Below are positions 31,539 through 35,022 of a stretch of 35,022 nt of DNA, in pieces. Source of the DNA: a virus; IMG/VR virus record IMGVR_UViG_3300033463_000535. One strand, written 5' to 3'. The position numbers and the translations under genes were made by a program. The notes beneath the pieces were generated by a model, which was given only the letters and a program-made list of their open reading frames with translations, did not search any database and was not told where the DNA came from. How positions within the stretch are numbered: position 1 is the first letter of the stretch; every line of letters begins with the position of its first letter.

Positions 31539-32565
31539 AAATGATTATATAATAATAAACAATGGTAAAAAAGAAATAAAAATACATAACATAATTTTAA
31601 ATACCTATGTTAGTCAAATAATAAGTAATCAATTTATAACAGTTTATGGAAATAGGCAAGATTTAGATATGAAAAGAGTGTATTTAAGGCTTGATGACAA
31701 CTTGGATTTTGATAAAACTTCAGTTTTGTCAATCAATGATTTTAATTTAAGGTCTCCTTTTAGAAAAATAGGATATGATTTATCACCTTCACAATGCGTT
31801 ATGGAATACTCTTATTTGTTTGACAATGAAGCATACAATGTTTATGACATTGATAATGAGGATTATATAACAAGTTTAGAGCCATATGTTGGGAAAAAAA
31901 TTACTGCAATTGGTTTTGGGAACGATGAAGGATTAATATATGCTTGTGTTGATACGTCTTTATATGGATTATATATAGAAGATGCAACTGAAGTTTTTTC
32001 AATAAACAGAAGAGATATTATTGCAACAGATACAACTTTTTATGCATCTTATTCCCGAGTTAAAGGTCCATTGCATGTATTTAACGGACAGGAAGATGGT
32101 AATCAATACGACAAATATATTTATGATATGTCTCCTAGATTATTTGGTGTTTTATATTCTGTGGGAGTTGGGATTATTCCTAATAATATGAATGTAGAAG
32201 TGCCACTAATACCTTATGAGCAACACCTTGAAATAGAAACAAATAAAATCAATATATTAGATGAATTTGACATAGAATATAATTCAGAAGGATTGTTTCC
32301 AGCTATGGATTTATATCCAAGCACAACACAATATCCCGAAAGAATTGTTACTGAATTATATCCAAGCGAAGATATATATCCAGCAATTGATATGTATCCT
32401 GTAGAAGCACCCTATCAGTATATGCAATTGAAATATAAAATATATAGATATGAAAGATTAAACTATACGGATGTTGTAACAGATACTGGAGATTATTACG
32501 TATTAAGTAAACCTATACAAAGAAAAAATAAAGTTAAAATGAATATAGAATATATAGGAAGTTAG
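31528..32565 (+). CDS. Tail-tip / baseplate protein with (L/I/M)YP repeats
   Basis: ATG at 31528 follows GAGGAGG. MDLYPSTTQYPERIVTELYPSEDIYPAIDMYPVEAPYQY. Confidence 0.55.
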   Translation: MRVKNDYIIINNGKKEIKIHNIILNTYVSQIISNQFITVYGNRQDLDMKRVYLRLDDNLDFDKTSVLSINDFNLRSPFRKIGYDLSPSQCVMEYSYLFDNEAYNVYDIDNEDYITSLEPYVGKKITAIGFGNDEGLIYACVDTSLYGLYIEDATEVFSINRRDIIATDTTFYASYSRVKGPLHVFNGQEDGNQYDKYIYDMSPRLFGVLYSVGVGIIPNNMNVEVPLIPYEQHLEIETNKINILDEFDIEYNSEGLFPAMDLYPSTTQYPERIVTELYPSEDIYPAIDMYPVEAPYQYMQLKYKIYRYERLNYTDVVTDTGDYYVLSKPIQRKNKVKMNIEYIGS

Positions 32566-32575
32566 GAGGTAAATT

Positions 32576-33013
32576 ATGCAAAAAATAAATTGGATAAATG
32601 GACAGGCAGGTGGAACACCGCTATCTGCTGAAAACTTAAATCAAATGGAAGATTATATTGAAGAAGCAATTGGAGAAGATTATTCTACAGATGAATACGA
32701 TACAGGGAAAAAATGGATAGATGGAAAAAAAATATATGGAAAAGTAAAGTTATTTACTTCTGCGGTTTCTTTCAACACCCCATATTCAATGGGCATAACA
32801 CCAGATACTGTTGTAGATATGAGATGCTTTTGTAAGTATGGTAGTGATAGTTCTTGGAGACCATTGCCTTGGTTATATTCGCAGAACAATACTATAGGTG
32901 TTGGCTCTTGGGCAGGAGGCTTTTATTTCAAAAATCAAAGTGTATACTTCCAAGCAGGTGATAACTTGATTGGTTCTTCTAAAATAGTATTTGTTATGGA
33001 ATACACTAAGTAG
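32576..33013 (+). CDS. Tail fibre / receptor-binding-type protein
   Basis: KINWINGQAGGTPLSAENLNQMEDYIEEAI is the common fibre N-terminal motif. It is followed by a TGKKWIDGKKIYGK head domain. Confidence 0.6.
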   Translation: MQKINWINGQAGGTPLSAENLNQMEDYIEEAIGEDYSTDEYDTGKKWIDGKKIYGKVKLFTSAVSFNTPYSMGITPDTVVDMRCFCKYGSDSSWRPLPWLYSQNNTIGVGSWAGGFYFKNQSVYFQAGDNLIGSSKIVFVMEYTK

Positions 33014-33025
33014 AAAGGAGTAAAA

Positions 33026-33406
33026 ATGGCAATAATAATTAATTATGGATTTGAAAAAGATTTTATTCGTGGTGACACGAAGGTATTAAGTAAATTTAGA
33101 CCAGTTGAAGCTGGCGGCGAGCCTATGGCACTAAAACAAGATGACCAGTTATATTTCACCATGAAAGATAGAAATAAGGTTACAAAAGTAAAGAAAAAAA
33201 TAGGCAATGGTATAACATTAGAAAGCGATGGTTATTATCATATTACACTTGAAACAACAGACACAGAAGACTTGAATGCTGATATATATAAATATGATAT
33301 AGAATTAGACTTAGCAGAAAATCCTTTGTTTGTACAAACATTAATAGAAGGTGAGATAAAACTAAAAGAAGATGTAACAACAAAGGAGGATAAGACAAAT
33401 GGATAA
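33026..33406 (+). CDS. BppU_N-like / Ig-like baseplate-associated protein
   Basis: IRGDTKVL..LYFTMKD..ITLETTDTEDLNADIYKYDIELDL..IEGEIKLKEDVT. Confidence 0.5.
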   Translation: MAIIINYGFEKDFIRGDTKVLSKFRPVEAGGEPMALKQDDQLYFTMKDRNKVTKVKKKIGNGITLESDGYYHITLETTDTEDLNADIYKYDIELDLAENPLFVQTLIEGEIKLKEDVTTKEDKTNG

Positions 33407-34391
33407 TGAATATAGTGTTGATGTTGTAGTAGAAAATGATGAAGAAATAGCGGTTGATGTTAAGGCAGATATAATAAAAACAAAACCTAAACTACAAGAC
33501 AAAGAAGTGACAATTATAACAAATGGAACAAATACTGTAACTTATGATGGCAGTTATGATGGGTTGAGTAATGTTGAAATAACAACAGATGTTCTTGCTC
33601 CTTTGCCTGTATTACAAAATAAATCAGTAACAATAACAGAAAACACAACAACAACAGTAAGTAAAGATAGTGGTTATGACGGATTAAGTAGTGTAGAAGT
33701 AACGACAAATGTACCGAGTACAAGCATACCAGATTGGACACAAATTGGATATAGTAATGTACCTCAAGGTCTTTTAAATGATTTTGCTTATTCAAAAAAT
33801 ATATATGATAATTGGGATGTAAACACAACAAATATGTCAAGCAAATTTTATAATGATACAAATTTAATTTATGTTCCTTTAATTGATACACATAATGTGT
33901 TAGATATAAGGTCTGCTTTTTATGGTTGTATTAATTTAATTTCTGTACCATTATTAAATACTGAAAATGTAGCTAATTTCAATGCGTGTTTTTATAATTG
34001 TGCAAGATTGCCTGCAATTCCATTATTTAACACTAGTAGTGCAACAAATATGCAACAAATGTTTAATGGTTGTGCCAGTTTAACTGTAATTCCATTATTT
34101 AATACTAGTAGTGCAACAAATATGCAACAAATGTTTAATGGTTGTACTAATTTAATAACAATTCCATTATTTAATACTAGTAGTGCAACAAATATGTTTA
34201 ATATGTTCTTAAATTGTTCAAATTTATCAAATGACAGTTTAAATAATATTATGACTATGTGTATTAATTCTGCAATAACATCAAATAAAACATTAAAAAG
34301 GTTAGGTTTATCATCAGCACAAGCTACTACTTGTCAATCATTAAGTAATTGGGAAGATTTTGTAGCTGCAGGATGGAGTACTGGATATTAA
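33399..34391 (+). CDS. BspA/DUF285-type leucine-rich-repeat protein (probable host-adhesion fibre)
   Basis: Two ~38-aa N-terminal repeats (K.VTI..N.T.TV..D.GYDGLS.VE.TT.V), then six 24-aa units of the type PLFNTSSATNMQQMFNGC.NL..I. Confidence 0.8.
   Translation: MDNEYSVDVVVENDEEIAVDVKADIIKTKPKLQDKEVTIITNGTNTVTYDGSYDGLSNVEITTDVLAPLPVLQNKSVTITENTTTTVSKDSGYDGLSSVEVTTNVPSTSIPDWTQIGYSNVPQGLLNDFAYSKNIYDNWDVNTTNMSSKFYNDTNLIYVPLIDTHNVLDIRSAFYGCINLISVPLLNTENVANFNACFYNCARLPAIPLFNTSSATNMQQMFNGCASLTVIPLFNTSSATNMQQMFNGCTNLITIPLFNTSSATNMFNMFLNCSNLSNDSLNNIMTMCINSAITSNKTLKRLGLSSAQATTCQSLSNWEDFVAAGWSTGY
34017..34200 (+). repeat. 72-nt tandem repeat, about 2.5 copies, within the LRR gene
   Basis: Units at 34017-34088 and 34089-34160, plus a partial third from 34161. 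The first 54 nt of units 1 and 2 differ at one base. Confidence 0.9.
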
Positions 34392-34411
34392 TAATAAAGG
34401 GGTGATTAATT

Positions 34412-34756
34412 ATGGATAATATATCAATAGATATGTGGATTACAATAGCAACTATAATAGCTACTTTAATTATAGGACAGTTAACAAAGAAATTCACAAA
34501 TTTAAAATCAAAACAAATACCACTGCAAAATATTACAATAGGAATAATAGTATGTTTAATAGAATTTGCAATAACAAGAGACATAAATATAGCGGTAGCA
34601 ATGAGTGGATTAATTAGTGGTGGAACATATGACTTAGGGAAAGCTATAAAACAAGTATTTGGCACAGAAGAAATATATGCAGAAGATTTAATAGAAGAAA
34701 CGCAAGAAACAGAACAAGAAATACAAGATGAAGAATTTGAAAATGAGGAGGGATAG
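34412..34756 (+). CDS. Holin (Dp-1/Hol44-like)
   Basis: Hydrophobic segments WITIATIIATLIIG, ITIGIIVCLIEFAI and AVAMSGLISGG, with a very acidic C-tail. A 2-nt gap separates it from the endolysin. Confidence 0.7.
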   Translation: MDNISIDMWITIATIIATLIIGQLTKKFTNLKSKQIPLQNITIGIIVCLIEFAITRDINIAVAMSGLISGGTYDLGKAIKQVFGTEEIYAEDLIEETQETEQEIQDEEFENEEG

Positions 34757-34758
34757 AT

Positions 34759-35022
34759 ATGTGGGAACAAGTTAAACCATTTAGTATTAGAAAAATGGGA
34801 AAAAGAAAAGGATATTGCTTGCAAAATGTTAGACTAGGATTTGGCATACCATCAAAATATGCAAGTGCTAAAGTTGATATGGAAGCTAACAAAAGAGCAG
34901 GAACATTGCACCCTATATCTACTATTCCAACAAATGTATCTGTTCCTGTTTATGTAGATACATCAAGTAAATATGAACATATTATAGTATGTGATCACGG
35001 AACATATTATTCAGATGGGAAG
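34759..35022 (+). CDS. Endolysin, 5' part (continues at 1..418 on the circular map)
   Basis: GAGGAGGG SD upstream. MWEQVKPFSIRKMGKRKGYCLQNVRLGFGIPSKYASAKVDMEANKRAGTLHPIS.. No stop before the window end. Confidence 0.75.
   Translation, partial: MWEQVKPFSIRKMGKRKGYCLQNVRLGFGIPSKYASAKVDMEANKRAGTLHPISTIPTNVSVPVYVDTSSKYEHIIVCDHGTYYSDGK
34896..35022. repeat. Terminal duplication, copy 2 (identical to 1..127)
   Basis: Same 127-nt string as 1..127. The unique genome length is therefore 34,895 bp. Confidence 0.95.

Overview
The window is a complete, circularly closed genome of a tailed dsDNA phage with siphovirus-type gene order. It is very AT-rich, so the host is probably Firmicutes-like. The last 127 nt (34896..35022) exactly copy the first 127 nt, so the unique genome is 34,895 bp. 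The endolysin gene (34759..35022 plus 1..418) runs across that junction. All credible genes (about 70) are on the + strand, and every long minus-strand ORF is a shadow of a + gene. Gene order: (1) a strong promoter at 415 drives an XhlA-like / small TM / sigma-r4-like HTH unit (483-1311), closed by a terminator. (2) A 3.7-kb accessory cluster (1396-5122) encodes compositionally odd proteins: Q-rich; Gly-rich-TM plus Cys/Asn-rich; C1q/BclA-CTD-like; Arg-Asp-Tyr repeat; mini HExxH. (3) A consensus promoter at 5182 drives early genes (Erf recombinase, HNH, an SSB-tail protein, XRE-type HTH). (4) A promoter plus structured attenuator leader (8722-8887) precedes a replication-organizer-like gene, many small ORFs, YopX, DUF4406 and a second HNH. 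(5) A regulatory knot (12821-12997) holds a promoter plus terminator (a candidate ~80-nt sRNA) and then a second promoter. (6) Next come RusA-like, a GT2 / nucleotidyltransferase / GT8 glycosylation set, then ParB-like, a DpdA-like transglycosylase, a preQ1-I-like riboswitch and a YhhQ transporter. (7) The structural and lysis genes follow: TerS/TerL, portal, Mu-F-like, scaffold, capsid, connector genes (two carry +1 frame breaks), tail tube, chaperones, tape measure, Dit, fibres including a BspA/DUF285-type LRR protein, holin and endolysin. I found no integrase, CI-type repressor, tRNA, CRISPR array or transposase. The best candidate for a new system is the 13.9-18.7 kb island. It looks like a salvage-only 7-deazaguanine DNA-modification module: a riboswitch-gated base importer, no preQ0 synthesis genes, and physical linkage to a three-gene glycosylation set. 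The second candidate is the 1.4-5.1 kb cluster with a spore-surface flavour. All functional calls come from reading motifs by eye; no database search was run.
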